DNA of 64,000 bases from Polaromonas sp. (GCA_038902815.1 JBCKNF010000003.1:26809-90808), one strand, 5' to 3'; numbered from the stretch's first letter, positions 1 through 12,209 are shown. The notes: generated by a model not told the origin, from the letters alone. Made by a program: numbers and translations.

Positions 1-309
1 CAGGTGATGGGCAATTACCTGATGACACGCGACAACTTGAAGGCCGTGGTGCTGCTGTGCGACCCGCGCTTGGGGCTGACCGAGCTAGACGAAATTTTGT
101 TAGATGTGATTCGCCCGCGCGTCGAAGCAGGCCTGAAGTTTCTGGTGCTGCTGACCAAGTCCGACAAGCTGAATAAAACCGAAGCCGCCAAGGCACTGCA
201 AATCGTCAAACTACAGGCTGGTGGTGGCGATGTGAAGCTGTTTTCTGCGCTAAAGAAAAAAGGCGTTGACGAAGTCGCCCAGCATCTGTGGGACTGGGTT
301 CATCCTTAA
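1..309 (+). CDS. engB: GTP-binding protein YihA/EngB, 3' part (begins before window)
   Basis: C-terminal EngB motifs: LLCDPR, G4 LTKSDK, FSALKKKG. Confidence 0.85.
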   Translation, partial: QVMGNYLMTRDNLKAVVLLCDPRLGLTELDEILLDVIRPRVEAGLKFLVLLTKSDKLNKTEAAKALQIVKLQAGGGDVKLFSALKKKGVDEVAQHLWDWVHP

Positions 310-1208
310 TCCGAATACACCGACGCATCACCCTCTGGCCGGGTCTTGAAGCGTTTGTGTACCCAGTAGTACTGCGACGGCATGGTGGCGATATAGCCTT
401 GCAGGCGCTGGTTCATCAGGGCTGTGTCTGCTACCGGGTCATCAGACGGGAAAGCTACCCATGCCGGAAAGACCTCAATCTCGTAACCTCCCGCTGTCAT
501 GCGCGGCACCAGCGGCACGACCTTGGCCTTGCCCAGCCGGGCGAAGCGGGCCAGTGACGGCACGGTGGCGGTGGGAATGCCATAGAAGGGCACAAAGACT
601 GAATCCTGCGGGCCAAAGTCCATGTCGGGCAGCAGGTACAGCGGCTGGCCTTCGCGCAGTGCAGTGACGATGGGTTTGACACCGGCAATGCGCCCGAACA
701 GGCGCGCATGGCCAAAGCGCAGCCGGCCGCGCAATATCCATTGATCGACCAGCTTGTTCGACTGGTCGGTGTAGATGGTTATGGACAGGCGCGGGATGTG
801 CAGGACAACCCCGGCCCAGGCTGCATCAAGCCCGTAAAAATGGGGCAGAAAGATAACCGTGGGGTCGTTGCCCTTCAGCTCCTGGACGACACCTGTCAGC
901 GTGACACGCCGCTTGACCCAGCCTTTAGGTGCGTGCCACAACCAGGCGCGATCCAGCCAGGCCTGGGCAAAGTACACAAAGGTTTGCCTGGTTAAAACTT
1001 GCCGCTCGCCAGTCGTTTTTTCGGGAAAGCACAGCGCTAGATTGGTTTCAACAATCAGGCGGCGCCTGCTTACAACCAGATAAAGCACCCAGCCCAGTAG
1101 CTTGCCCATGCTGCGAATGAGCGGCAGCGGCAACGCAGCCAGCAAGCGCATAAAAAGGATGCCGCTCCGCGTAAAGAAGTAGCTGGCCCACTGGCGCGCT
1201 GTTCTCAC
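306..1208 (-). CDS. Lipid A lauroyl/myristoyl acyltransferase (LpxL family)
   Basis: HFYGLD acyltransferase motif, LLPDMD, QYYWVHKRFKTRP; GTG start at 1208 chosen because it overlaps the upstream TGA. Confidence 0.85.
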   Translation of the reverse strand: MRTARQWASYFFTRSGILFMRLLAALPLPLIRSMGKLLGWVLYLVVSRRRLIVETNLALCFPEKTTGERQVLTRQTFVYFAQAWLDRAWLWHAPKGWVKRRVTLTGVVQELKGNDPTVIFLPHFYGLDAAWAGVVLHIPRLSITIYTDQSNKLVDQWILRGRLRFGHARLFGRIAGVKPIVTALREGQPLYLLPDMDFGPQDSVFVPFYGIPTATVPSLARFARLGKAKVVPLVPRMTAGGYEIEVFPAWVAFPSDDPVADTALMNQRLQGYIATMPSQYYWVHKRFKTRPEGDASVYSD

Positions 1209-2095
1209 AGTGCGCCTTTCGATGGCGATTCTTGCCTCGGAGTTTTGTAGCGCCCATAGCCCCACAAATACTGGCCGGGCTGGCTCAAAACAATGGCTTC
1301 AATCGCGGCATTGATGCGCGTGACCACGGTGAGCACATCTGGTTTGGTAGCGCCGCCCGTATTATTCACAGTACGCACATCAACCGGAGGCCAGATTTTG
1401 ATGGCATAACCACGCCCACCCGATAAGCGCTCGCAGCTCACAGGCAGCAGCACAGCGCCGCTTTGCAATGCTAGGCGCGCAGCCAGTGTCATGGTGTAGG
1501 CGGGCTTGCCGAAAAACGCTGCCCACACGCCAAGGCCTTCGGGCGGTACCTGGTCTGTCAGCAAGGCCACCGCCTGATTGGCTTTAAGGGTTTTGTGCAG
1601 CAGCCTGATGCCGCTCAACGACGCGGGCACCACGGTCAATTGGGGGCGTTGACGTGTGGCCTGCTCAATCGCCGCCAGCCACGGTTTGCGGGCTGGTCTG
1701 TAGATGGCAGTCATAGGGCCATACAGCTCGGCCAGCGCCTGTGGCCCGAGCTCAAAACTGCCGCAATGCGGGCCGAAAAAGATCACGCCTTTGCCTTGAC
1801 CGAATGCCTCTTGCGCATGGGCTTGGCCTTCAAACGTGACCTTGAACGAGACGTTATCAAGACACGATTCATTTTGCGGCCGCAGCCACAATTTGGGCAG
1901 CTCGGCCACAAAGCGCCCGGCCTCAAGAATCGCTGGTTGCGCGACTTCAAATGTCAGCCCCGCCTGTGCCACGTTGGCACGAAACTGCGCGCGGTAACGC
2001 GGGCTGCCAGCCCACACCAACCAGCCCAATGCAGCGCCTAATGCGTGCAAAAAAGCCAAAGGGAAAAGCGATAAAAAACGAAACAATAAAAGCAT
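1205..2095 (-). CDS. Lysophospholipid/lipid A acyltransferase (LpxL family paralog)
   Basis: HCGSFE, LLTDQVP, QYLWGYGRYK motifs. Confidence 0.85.
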   Translation of the reverse strand: MLLLFRFLSLFPLAFLHALGAALGWLVWAGSPRYRAQFRANVAQAGLTFEVAQPAILEAGRFVAELPKLWLRPQNESCLDNVSFKVTFEGQAHAQEAFGQGKGVIFFGPHCGSFELGPQALAELYGPMTAIYRPARKPWLAAIEQATRQRPQLTVVPASLSGIRLLHKTLKANQAVALLTDQVPPEGLGVWAAFFGKPAYTMTLAARLALQSGAVLLPVSCERLSGGRGYAIKIWPPVDVRTVNNTGGATKPDVLTVVTRINAAIEAIVLSQPGQYLWGYGRYKTPRQESPSKGAL

Positions 2096-2175
2096 GTAGG
2101 AATAAAACCGTGTGGCGCTAGGGTGAAAGGCGGCTGTTAAAACCATATCGGGCGCAGCATCCTATACTCATGCCT

Positions 2176-2231
2176 GTCGCTGAGTTATTTGTACAACTTG
2201 CAGGGCGACGTTAAACCCAACTGCTAAAGCG
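2176..2231 (+). ncRNA. SAM-II-like riboswitch upstream of metK
   Basis: GTCGC-TGAGTT...CTTGCAGG-GCGAC...GCTAAAG resembles the SAM-II pseudoknot layout; sits directly 5' of SAM synthetase. Confidence 0.65.
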
Positions 2232-2285
2232 TTCGCCAAAGCACTCAGGCTGGCAACGCGCCCACCAACCCAAGGAGTGTACTTA

Positions 2286-3473
2286 ATGGCAAACGACTTT
2301 CTCTTCACATCCGAATCCGTCTCTGAAGGCCACCCAGACAAGGTCGCCGATCAAATCTCTGATGCCATCCTTGATGCGATCTTCAAACAAGACCCACTGT
2401 CACGCGTGGCCGCTGAAACCCTGACCAACACCGGCCTAGTCGTGCTGGCAGGCGAGATCACCACCAACGCGCATGTTGACTACATCCAGGTGGCGCGCGA
2501 CACCCTCAAGCGCATCGGCTACGACAACACCGAGTACGGCATCGACTACAAGGGCTGCGCCGTCATGGTCTGCTACGACAAGCAGTCCAACGACATCGCC
2601 CAAGGCGTTGACCATGCGTCTGACGACCACCTGAACACCGGTGCCGGTGACCAGGGCCTGATGTTCGGCTACGCCTGTGACGAAACCCCAGAGTTGATGC
2701 CAGCGCCGATTTACTACGCGCACCGTCTGGTCGAACGCCAGGCCCAGTTGCGTAAAGATGGCCGCCTGCCTTTCCTGCGCCCTGATGCAAAAAGCCAGGT
2801 CACGATGCGTTATGTCGATGGCAAGCCACACAGCATTGACACCGTGGTGCTGTCTACCCAGCACAGCCCGGATCAGAGCGAGACCATGCACAAAATGAAG
2901 GCCTCATTCATTGAAGCCATCATTGAAGAAATCATCAAGCCCGTGCTGCCCAAACACATGCTGACCAAAGACACCAAGTACCTGATTAACCCGACCGGCC
3001 GCTTCGTCATCGGTGGCCCGCAAGGCGATTGCGGTTTGACCGGTCGCAAAATCATCGTAGACACCTACGGCGGTGCCTGCCCGCACGGCGGCGGTGCCTT
3101 CAGCGGCAAGGACCCGAGCAAGGTTGATCGTTCCGCCGCTTATGCCGCACGCTACGTGGCCAAAAACATTGTGGCTGCAGGCCTGGCCAAGCAGTGCCAG
3201 ATTCAGGTGGCCTACGCCATCGGTGTGGCCAAGCCCATGAACGTGACGGTCTACACCGAAGGCACGGGCGTGATGAGCGACGAGAAGCTGTCAACACTGG
3301 TGCAAGAGCACTTTGACCTGCGCCCTAAAGGCATCATTCAAATGCTTGATTTGCTGCGCCCGATTTATGAAAAGACAGCCGCCTATGGCCACTTTGGCCG
3401 TGACGAGCCAGAATTCACGTGGGAGCGTACCGACAAGGCTGCTACGCTCCGCGCTGCTGCTGGCCTGAAATAA
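2286..3473 (+). CDS. metK: S-adenosylmethionine synthetase
   Basis: [28 protein letters not shown] signatures. Confidence 0.98.
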   Translation: MANDFLFTSESVSEGHPDKVADQISDAILDAIFKQDPLSRVAAETLTNTGLVVLAGEITTNAHVDYIQVARDTLKRIGYDNTEYGIDYKGCAVMVCYDKQSNDIAQGVDHASDDHLNTGAGDQGLMFGYACDETPELMPAPIYYAHRLVERQAQLRKDGRLPFLRPDAKSQVTMRYVDGKPHSIDTVVLSTQHSPDQSETMHKMKASFIEAIIEEIIKPVLPKHMLTKDTKYLINPTGRFVIGGPQGDCGLTGRKIIVDTYGGACPHGGGAFSGKDPSKVDRSAAYAARYVAKNIVAAGLAKQCQIQVAYAIGVAKPMNVTVYTEGTGVMSDEKLSTLVQEHFDLRPKGIIQMLDLLRPIYEKTAAYGHFGRDEPEFTWERTDKAATLRAAAGLK

Positions 3474-3521
3474 GCCCGGCATAGACCCGCACAAGGACAA
3501 GCCAATGCGTCCTTTGGCTTG

Positions 3522-3653
3522 AGGGCACCTCTACAAATTCACCAAACCCCGTTCGGGCTGAGCCTGTCGAAGCCTTTGGCTAACAAAAACAACCACTTAG
3601 CGAGCAGACCCTTCGACAAGCTCAGGGCGAACGGTAATTTATAGAGGTGCCCT
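3522..3653. repeat. Nested palindromic REP/MITE-like element
   Basis: Outer inverted repeat AGGGCACCTCTACAAATT / AATTTATAGAGGTGCCCT (17/18); inner inverted repeat GTTCGGGCTGAGCCTGTCGAAG / CTTCGACAAGCTCAGGGCGAAC. Confidence 0.75.
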
Positions 3654-3679
3654 TGAAATCTCTTGAAATGCCCTTATGA

Positions 3680-3706
3680 TTAGCACTCGATGACTTTGAG
3701 TGCTAA
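3680..3706 (+). promoter_or_regulatory. CIRCE element (HrcA operator)
   Basis: Perfect TTAGCACTC-N9-GAGTGCTAA upstream of groES; CTTGAA sigma32-like boxes just upstream. Confidence 0.95.
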
Positions 3707-3810
3707 CAACGGCTTCAAGGTCACGCATTACAAGCGCTAACCGGATATTGATTTGTGCGGCTATCGCTTTTGATTCCCTCAAAACCATTGTTTTAATACA
3801 AGGAGCTTTT

Positions 3811-4101
3811 ATGAAACTTCGTCCTTTGCACGACCGCGTGATTGTCAAACGCGTGGAAAACGAAACCAAAACCGCCTCTGGCATCGTCATTCCTGACAGC
3901 GTCGCTGAAAAGCCAGACCAGGGCGAAATCCTGGCTGTTGGCCCCGGCAAGAAGAACAACAAGGGCGAGATCAGCGCCATGGCCGTCAAGGTCGGCGACC
4001 GCGTTTTGTTCGGCAAATACTCTGGCCAGACCGTTAAGGTTGACGGCGATGAGTTGCTGGTCATGAAAGAAGAAGACCTCTTCGCTGTTGTGGAGAAATA
4101 A
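3811..4101 (+). CDS. groES: Co-chaperonin GroES
   Basis: [19 protein letters not shown]; AGGAG RBS. Confidence 0.98.
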   Translation: MKLRPLHDRVIVKRVENETKTASGIVIPDSVAEKPDQGEILAVGPGKKNNKGEISAMAVKVGDRVLFGKYSGQTVKVDGDELLVMKEEDLFAVVEK

Positions 4102-4163
4102 AGCTACTGCGCGACTCACTCGCTACGCTTTCTTCCACCACAACCCCCCTTATTATTTTTTGA

Positions 4164-5828
<1,665 letters not shown>

Positions 5829-5859
5829 TTGCCCTGTCTGAATTTTTCAGGCACCCACA

Positions 5860-5895
5860 AAAACCCCCGCAAAGCTCGCGCCTTGCGGGGGTTTT
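5860..5895 (+). terminator. Rho-independent terminator of groESL
   Basis: AAAACCCCCGCAA...TTGCGGGGGTTTT hairpin. Confidence 0.85.
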
Positions 5896-5904
5896 ATATT
5901 TTAC

Positions 5905-5955
5905 GCTATGAATTCAATAGCTGCTCACGCCCGCATTCGTTGGGCTATAGGTCTC
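5905..5955 (+). repeat. GCTAT...ATAGC-type dispersed repeat (copy 1 of 4)
   Basis: GCTATGAATTCAATAGCTGCTCACGC...GGGCTATAGG; related copies near 9158, 18661 and 61317. Confidence 0.6.
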
Positions 5956-7917
5956 TCATGCACAACTCCGGCAATTCGGCAGCATGAAACCCGCAAAGAA
6001 GGCGGCCAGTTCCTCGTGCGCGTCCAGCGGCAACACATGGGCGATGTACTGGTCGGGGCGCACCACCACCAGTGCACCTCTTTCACGGGCTATGCCTCTA
6101 AGGTCAAAGATGTCCGGGCCGTTCTTCAGGTCCGGGCAGAAGACCTTTTCATAGTCACGCAGGCCATGGCGTCCCTTGAGCGGCTGCAACAGTTCGGGCA
6201 TGGAGTCGATTTCCAGTTCGGCATGCCCTTGCTGGAATATGGCCCGCAGGTCAAACACCGCGTCAGGGTCCTGCCCGGGTCGCGTGAATTGACGCACCGG
6301 GGAATGAGGTGATTCCTGCAGAAATTTGCACAGTGCGCGCACGCCCAGCATCACATCCGCAGCGTCGTTCTTCCCGGCAAACGCATACAAGCGCCAGCGG
6401 CCATCGGCCTTGCCAACATGCCCAAGATGCACGGGCTTGGCATCGGTGATGCATACCACGGCCGCTGAGTGAAAGCGTGTGCCAATCACGAATCCGGTCG
6501 CCAGCGGCTGGTGCGTGGCGTGGCCGCAGATGAGCGACGGCGAGTAGTGCGTGCCCATGCCGGCGGTAAAGCGCCCATGTTGCTGGAAATATTTCTGGAA
6601 TTCCTTCGGGTCCACACCGCCGCTCTCGCTCTCAGCCTCAGTGCCCTGTTGCTTGGGGCGGTCGCTGATCATCTTCGACCACTCGCGGTCAAAGTCGATC
6701 AGCTCCTGCCCCACGGTCTGGCGCTCTGCTGTATAGGTGTGCAGCAGTTGCGGCGCACATTGCTTACGCAGCACGGCGGCCAGCTTCCAGCCGAGGTTGA
6801 AGGTGTCTTGCATAGAGAAGTTCATGCCCTGGCCCGCCTTCGGGCTATGGGTGTGGCAGGCATCGCCAGCGATGAAGACGCGGGGCAGGCGTGCGCCCCT
6901 GTCCTGCGGCGGCACATCGTCGTAGCTGTCGCAAATGCGCTGGCCGATCTCGTACACCGACCACCAGGGGACTTCTTTCACATCCAGCGTGTAGGGGTGC
7001 AGGATGCGCTGCGCCGCCGCGATGAGCTGGTCCAGCGAGATGTTGCGGTTGGCCACGCGCTCGTCTTCACCGAGCTTGTCCATCGTCACATACAGGCGGA
7101 ACATATAACCGCCCTCGCGCGGGATCAGCAACAGGTTGCCGCCGTTGGCGGACTGCACCGCCACCTTGTAGCGGATGTCCGGGAAGTCAGTCACGGCCAG
7201 CACGTCCATCACGCCCCAGGCCTGGTTGGCCGAATCGCCCACCATGGGCAAGCCTATTGATTTGCGCACTGCGCTGTGTGCGCCGTCGCAACCCACGACA
7301 TAGCGCGCACGAACCGTTTCGAGCTGGTCGGTGTGGGCGGCCCGATTGCCAAAATTTGTGCGCTCCATGCGCACCGTCACCGGGTAGTCTGATGCCTCGT
7401 GGTCTATCGACACGTCCAGCAGCTTGCGCGCGTAATGCGGCTCCAGGCGGCTGGGTGAATGGCGCATGACATCCAGATAGAAATCATGCACCCGCGCCTG
7501 GTTGAGCACGACATGCGGAAACTCGGACAGCCCGTCCTCGGTGTCCTGCACGCGGCCATGGCGGATGATTCTTTCGGGCTGCTTCTCGTCCGGTTTCCAG
7601 AAGGTCACCTCATTGATCCAGCAGGCCTCCTTGAGCACCCGCTCGCTGAAGTTGAACGCCTCGAACATCTCCATCGTCCGGCAGGCAATCCCGTCGGCCT
7701 GCCCCAGCAGCAGCGGGCCTTCCTTCTGCTCCACGATGAGGGTAGCAATGTCGGGGAAAGCCGCCAGTTGCGCCGCCAGGGTCAGCCCGGCCGGGCCACA
7801 GCCGACGATCAGCACATCGACCTGCGTCGGGGCAGCATCCGTGTACGCCACAGCCATGGAGGAGGCAGGGAAGATGTGGGGATCGCCGGGGCGAAAGCCG
7901 TCCAAATTGAATTGCAT
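5956..7917 (-). CDS. FAD-dependent 3-hydroxybenzoate 4-monooxygenase / phenol hydroxylase family (MobA-like)
   Basis: GCGPAG, GCDG, GDACHTHSPKAGQGMN, C-terminal VVRPDQY thioredoxin-like domain. Confidence 0.85.
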   Translation of the reverse strand: MQFNLDGFRPGDPHIFPASSMAVAYTDAAPTQVDVLIVGCGPAGLTLAAQLAAFPDIATLIVEQKEGPLLLGQADGIACRTMEMFEAFNFSERVLKEACWINEVTFWKPDEKQPERIIRHGRVQDTEDGLSEFPHVVLNQARVHDFYLDVMRHSPSRLEPHYARKLLDVSIDHEASDYPVTVRMERTNFGNRAAHTDQLETVRARYVVGCDGAHSAVRKSIGLPMVGDSANQAWGVMDVLAVTDFPDIRYKVAVQSANGGNLLLIPREGGYMFRLYVTMDKLGEDERVANRNISLDQLIAAAQRILHPYTLDVKEVPWWSVYEIGQRICDSYDDVPPQDRGARLPRVFIAGDACHTHSPKAGQGMNFSMQDTFNLGWKLAAVLRKQCAPQLLHTYTAERQTVGQELIDFDREWSKMISDRPKQQGTEAESESGGVDPKEFQKYFQQHGRFTAGMGTHYSPSLICGHATHQPLATGFVIGTRFHSAAVVCITDAKPVHLGHVGKADGRWRLYAFAGKNDAADVMLGVRALCKFLQESPHSPVRQFTRPGQDPDAVFDLRAIFQQGHAELEIDSMPELLQPLKGRHGLRDYEKVFCPDLKNGPDIFDLRGIARERGALVVVRPDQYIAHVLPLDAHEELAAFFAGFMLPNCRSCA

Positions 7918-7922
7918 GTTTC

Positions 7923-9548
7923 TTATATGACTCCAAATCGACGCAGCAAACCCGCAGTTGATGCGTCAAGCTCCGAAGTGTCGCCAGTCACCAGCCTGGC
8001 CTCGATATCCTGAGCAAGTAACTTGCCAAGTTCAACACCCCACTGGTCAAAACTGTTGATGCCCCAGATGGCGCCGCTGACAAACACGCGGTGTTCCTGT
8101 AGCGCGATCAACGCACCCAGACTGGCTGGCGTGAGTTCATCTAACAGCAAGAAACTGCTGGGCCGATTGCCGGGAAAGTGTTTGTGACCGCCTTCATCAA
8201 CTTTACCCAGCATCAATGCCTGCGCCTGGGCCAGTACATTGGCCAGAAGTTTTTGTTGATGCCCTGGCAGCGTATGGGCTTGTCTTTTGACGGCGACGAA
8301 TTCAACCGGCACCACAGTCGTGCCCTGATGCAGCATTTGAAAGTAGGCATGTTGGCCATTCGTACCAGGCTCGCCCCACAGCACGGGTGATGTCTGAAAG
8401 AGAAGTGTCTGCCCACTTACGTCAACCCGCTTGCCATTGCTTTCCATTTCCAGTTGCTGCAAATACGCCGGCAAGCGTCGCAGGGCGCTGCTGTAGGGTG
8501 CAATATTGCGGCTCGTAAAGCCGTGGAAGTTGCGGTACCAGACATCGAGTAAGCCCAGGCGCACGGGCAGGTTTTGCGCCATCGGTGCAGTGCGAAAGTG
8601 CTCGTCCATCGCGTGCGCGCCCGCCAGCAGTTGACGAAACCCCTTGCCGCCTACGGCCAGCGCAATCGGCAAACCAATCGCTGACCACATCGAATAACGC
8701 CCCTCCACCCAGTCCCAAAAACGAAAGGTGGTGGTGATGCCGAATTCATTGGCGGCTTTAACGTTGCTTGTCAACGCGGCGAAGTGACGGGCAAGCTCAG
8801 GACGATCAACACCTTCCCCACCCTGCGCTTCAAACCAGTGCCTGGCCGAATGCGCGTTGGTCATGGTCTCGGCGGTGATAAAGGTCTTGGACGCTATCAA
8901 AAACAAGGTGCTCGCAGGCTTGCACTGCGCCAGCACGCTGGCCAGTTCTTGGCCATCAACGTTAGAAACAAAATGAAAGCGCTTGACTTGCTTGGCTTGG
9001 GCCGCAAATTCAGCCAGGGCCAGTACCGCCATCTGCGGCCCCAGGTCTGAGCCGCCAATGCCGATGTTGATGATGTCGGTGATCGCTTCATCAGCCCGTA
9101 TTTTTTCGGCGTAGGCCAGCATGGCATCCAGCGTGGCGTGTACCTGGGTCAATTCATTTGCTATGTTTTTAGTAGCTGGTTGCGCCTGATTTGCCTGATT
9201 TGATTGGCTTGCAGCCGTATTTGATGCATCAAAAACAGGTTTTCGGAGCAAAAAGTGCATCGCTGCACGGTTTTCGGTGCTGTTAACCGGCTCACCGGCA
9301 AACATCGCATCGCGGTGCTGCTCAAGCTGGCACTGCACGGCGAGGTCAAACAGCAGGGACTCGGTGGCAGCGTCAATCAGGTTCTTCGACAGATCTGCAA
9401 AAACGTGGGATGCCTGTTGGCTGAAATGCTCGAAGCGCTTGGGGTCTTGAGCGAACGCATCGCGTAAATCGAAAGTTTGACCGTGCGTTGTGAATGCTTT
9501 CTGTAGCTCACTCCAAGCAGGTGTTTGATCGCAACGTGGTCGTTGCAT
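7923..9548 (-). CDS. pgi: Glucose-6-phosphate isomerase (with in-frame repeat insertion)
   Basis: GIGGSDLG, QQLEMESNGK, FDQWGVELGK. Confidence 0.95.
   Translation of the reverse strand: MQRPRCDQTPAWSELQKAFTTHGQTFDLRDAFAQDPKRFEHFSQQASHVFADLSKNLIDAATESLLFDLAVQCQLEQHRDAMFAGEPVNSTENRAAMHFLLRKPVFDASNTAASQSNQANQAQPATKNIANELTQVHATLDAMLAYAEKIRADEAITDIINIGIGGSDLGPQMAVLALAEFAAQAKQVKRFHFVSNVDGQELASVLAQCKPASTLFLIASKTFITAETMTNAHSARHWFEAQGGEGVDRPELARHFAALTSNVKAANEFGITTTFRFWDWVEGRYSMWSAIGLPIALAVGGKGFRQLLAGAHAMDEHFRTAPMAQNLPVRLGLLDVWYRNFHGFTSRNIAPYSSALRRLPAYLQQLEMESNGKRVDVSGQTLLFQTSPVLWGEPGTNGQHAYFQMLHQGTTVVPVEFVAVKRQAHTLPGHQQKLLANVLAQAQALMLGKVDEGGHKHFPGNRPSSFLLLDELTPASLGALIALQEHRVFVSGAIWGINSFDQWGVELGKLLAQDIEARLVTGDTSELDASTAGLLRRFGVI
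9158..9235 (+). repeat. GCTAT...TAGC-type repeat inside pgi (copy 2)
   Basis: TTGCTATGTTTTTAGTAGCTGGTTGCGC...GCAGCCGTATTTGATGC; read antisense as a low-complexity insert in Pgi. Confidence 0.6.
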
Positions 9549-9550
9549 GT

Positions 9551-9595
9551 TCAAGCCGCCAGCATCAGTTGCTCAAGCTTCAGCACGTCTAGTTG
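9551..9595 (-). pseudogene. Probable 3' remnant of transaldolase
   Basis: Minus strand reads LDVLKLEQLMLAA*, like the Tal C-terminus; abuts the pgi start as in tal-pgi gene pairs. Confidence 0.45.
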
Positions 9596-9685
9596 ATTCA
9601 TAAAGGCATAAAGAATTTCGTTCGAGAAAAAATGCGATCCCGAGTTACGATTATGCCAAGCAATGATGAAACTTAATCACAATGA

Positions 9686-9708
9686 TTTTTGGGGTCAGAC
9701 CCCAAAAA
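9686..9708. repeat. GGGGTCAGA palindromic REP (short copy)
   Basis: TTTTTGGGGTC-A-GACCCCAAAAA perfect palindrome. Confidence 0.75.
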
Positions 9709-9728
9709 CCCCGCCTCTGCGCACCTAT

Positions 9729-9756
9729 AAAAAAAGCCGCCCGAAGGCGGCTTTTT
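9729..9756 (-). terminator. Bidirectional terminator downstream of porin
   Basis: A7-GCCGCC-CGAA-GGCGGC-T5. Confidence 0.85.
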
Positions 9757-9796
9757 AAACTCTTTTGAGTGCGGCTGACACCAGGCCAGCCAGCCA

Positions 9797-10855
9797 TCAG
9801 AAGTTGTGGCGAAGACCGAAGTTGTAGCCGGTCGAACTACCGTTAGCTTTGGTCGCGGCGCCGCCCAGGGCAACGCTAGCACCACCGCTGTTGGTCACGC
9901 GAGCAAACGTGGTGTACAGGGCCGTACGCTTGGACAGGTTGTGCACATAACCAAGAGCGAATTTATTGGATTGTGGTTTAAGACCAACGTTGGTCTTGTA
10001 GGTGGAATACGAGGCACGGATTTGATGCGTACCCATCGGAACTATGGCACCGATCAGCGTGCCATTGCCGGTCACAGCCGAGCCAACACGGTCACGGGTG
10101 AGCAAAGCCATCGCGGTAGCCACGCCTAAGTTGTACGAACCGCCCAGATTGGTGGACGTGATCTTGCCAGCGGCGTACGTGGTGTTGCCCGTTGCAAATG
10201 CCACGTTGATCGGGCCATTGGCGTAGCCAAGGCGAATTGAAGAGCCATTGCCGTCTTTTGAGTTGGCAACGTTGCTGCTGTTCTCGCCCAGATAATACAT
10301 GGCCTGGCCGTAGAAACCGCCCAAGTTGCCTGGCAGGAAGTAGCCGATGCTATTGGAAGCGCGGACACCGGTTGGGCCTGCGATACCACCGGGGCCGGAG
10401 CCGAAAGGCTGGCTGCTGCCCAAGTTGGCGGGGCCGTGCGGATCGAACACGGCTTGGTTCCAGAAGTGCGGTGTCAAGTCACGGCCCAGACGCAGCTCGC
10501 CCATGTCGGCCCTGGCCAGACTGACCGTCGAACGGCGGTTGAAAGTCAGGCCGCCGCCGCCTGCTGCACCGGTGGCTTGGTTGTTGGTGTTGGTCAGAGC
10601 GCCCGAACCATTGTCGGTGGCCATATCGGCTTCCAGCCAGAAGCTGGCCGACATGCCACGGCCGAGGTCTTCCCTGCCCATGAAGCCCAAACGGCTGGAG
10701 CTGTGGCCGCCGCTCACCAGTAGGGTCCTGTTAGACACTGAGCCGGAGCTGTGTTGGTAGGCTGCGTCAACAATACCGAACAGGGTTACGGAAGATTGGG
10801 CCGAAGCCACGCCGGCAACAGCCAGAATAGCCAAAGCGACTAGTGATTTTTTCAT
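9797..10855 (-). CDS. Gram-negative (Omp32-like) porin
   Basis: Signal peptide MKKSLVALA..AQSSVTLFG, SRLGF, C-terminal GLRHNF. Confidence 0.92.
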   Translation of the reverse strand: MKKSLVALAILAVAGVASAQSSVTLFGIVDAAYQHSSGSVSNRTLLVSGGHSSSRLGFMGREDLGRGMSASFWLEADMATDNGSGALTNTNNQATGAAGGGGLTFNRRSTVSLARADMGELRLGRDLTPHFWNQAVFDPHGPANLGSSQPFGSGPGGIAGPTGVRASNSIGYFLPGNLGGFYGQAMYYLGENSSNVANSKDGNGSSIRLGYANGPINVAFATGNTTYAAGKITSTNLGGSYNLGVATAMALLTRDRVGSAVTGNGTLIGAIVPMGTHQIRASYSTYKTNVGLKPQSNKFALGYVHNLSKRTALYTTFARVTNSGGASVALGGAATKANGSSTGYNFGLRHNF

Positions 10856-11116
10856 TGAAAGTTTCTCCAAGGTTAAACATAGGGCTCCAGGACATTGGCT
10901 CCCCGGGCCAACCTCCGTTAAGGAAGTTGTCTCTATTGCACCAGAGGCGAAGCGCTATGGCAAAGGGTTTGAAAGAAAACCAGCCCTAAAAAAGCATTTT
11001 TGTTGCACTCATGCAACAAATTGAAACATCACCGTGGAAGCCGCGCCACACCCCCTGCAAACCAGCCGGGGCGAAATTGGCTAGACTGCAACTTTCCCCA
11101 CAGAAATGTCCGCCCA

Positions 11117-11734
11117 ATGGATGCCCTGCTGAACGCTGCCGACAACGCCCTGCGCACCCTGTTTGCCAACCCGCGCGCAAGCCGCCCCTGCCCCACAGTG
11201 GCCGACCAAAGCACCGACTTAACCGCAGCTGACAAAGCCTTGGCAGGCGCACTGATGCGGGTCAACCACGTTGGCGAGGTTTGTGCCCAGGCACTTTATG
11301 CGGCGCAGGCCTTGGGCACACGCGACCCCGTGCTACGCGCGCATTTTTTGGCAGCTAGCGCGGAAGAAGGCGACCATCTGGCCTGGACGCGGCAGCGGCT
11401 TGCTGAACTGGGTGCGCGGCCTTCGCTGCTCAATCCGCTTTGGTACGCGGGTGCCTTCGGTTTGGGGCTGCTCGCCAGCCGCCTCGGAGACCGCTTGAGC
11501 CTGGGCTTCGTCGTGGAAACCGAGCGTCAGGTCGAGGCGCACTTGGCAAACCACCTGGAGAAACTGCCCGAAGGCGACCATGAGTCGCGCGCCATCGTGG
11601 CACAAATGAAAGCCGAGGAAGCGCGCCACGCGCTAGAGGCAGTGAATGCCGGAGCGCTGGAGTTGCCAGGCGCAGTGAAAAGTTTGATGGGGGTTGGTGC
11701 CAAGGTTATGACGACCGTGGCGCGCTGGGTTTAA
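11117..11734 (+). CDS. coq7: Demethoxyubiquinone hydroxylase Coq7
   Basis: [15 protein letters not shown] and EExxH di-iron motifs. Confidence 0.93.
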   Translation: MDALLNAADNALRTLFANPRASRPCPTVADQSTDLTAADKALAGALMRVNHVGEVCAQALYAAQALGTRDPVLRAHFLAASAEEGDHLAWTRQRLAELGARPSLLNPLWYAGAFGLGLLASRLGDRLSLGFVVETERQVEAHLANHLEKLPEGDHESRAIVAQMKAEEARHALEAVNAGALELPGAVKSLMGVGAKVMTTVARWV

Positions 11735-11750
11735 CGGTCAGTAATTTACC

Positions 11751-12209
11751 TCAAACCTCCAAAACCTCAAAACTGGTCGTGATCTCAGCCGTTTTGCCCA
11801 GCATGATGGTGGCGGAACAGTACTTTTCATGGCTCATGGCAATCGCGCGTTCTACTGCGCTGGCAGCCAAACCCTTGCCTGTGACGGTGAAATGCATGTG
11901 GATTTTGGTGAACACCTTGGGGTCCACTTCGGCCCTTTCAGAACTCAGTTTGACAGAGCAGCCCCGCACATCGTGACGGCCACGCTTCAAAATCAGCACC
12001 ACGTCATAAGCGGTGCAGCCACCGGTGCCGGCCAGCACGGTTTCCATCGGGCGAGGTGCCAGGTTTGCGCCGCCGTTTTCGGCTTTGGCGGCATCCGGCG
12101 CGCCGTCCATCACCAGGGTATGGCCGCTCCCGGTCTGGGCCAGGAAAGTCATGCCTGAGGGTGACCCCGTGGCCGCGCTCGGGCCGGTCCAGCTAACTGT
12201 GCATTCCAT
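11751..12209 (-). CDS. OsmC/YhfA family protein
   Basis: RPMETVLAGTGGC, EKYCS. Confidence 0.9.
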   Translation of the reverse strand: MECTVSWTGPSAATGSPSGMTFLAQTGSGHTLVMDGAPDAAKAENGGANLAPRPMETVLAGTGGCTAYDVVLILKRGRHDVRGCSVKLSSERAEVDPKVFTKIHMHFTVTGKGLAASAVERAIAMSHEKYCSATIMLGKTAEITTSFEVLEV

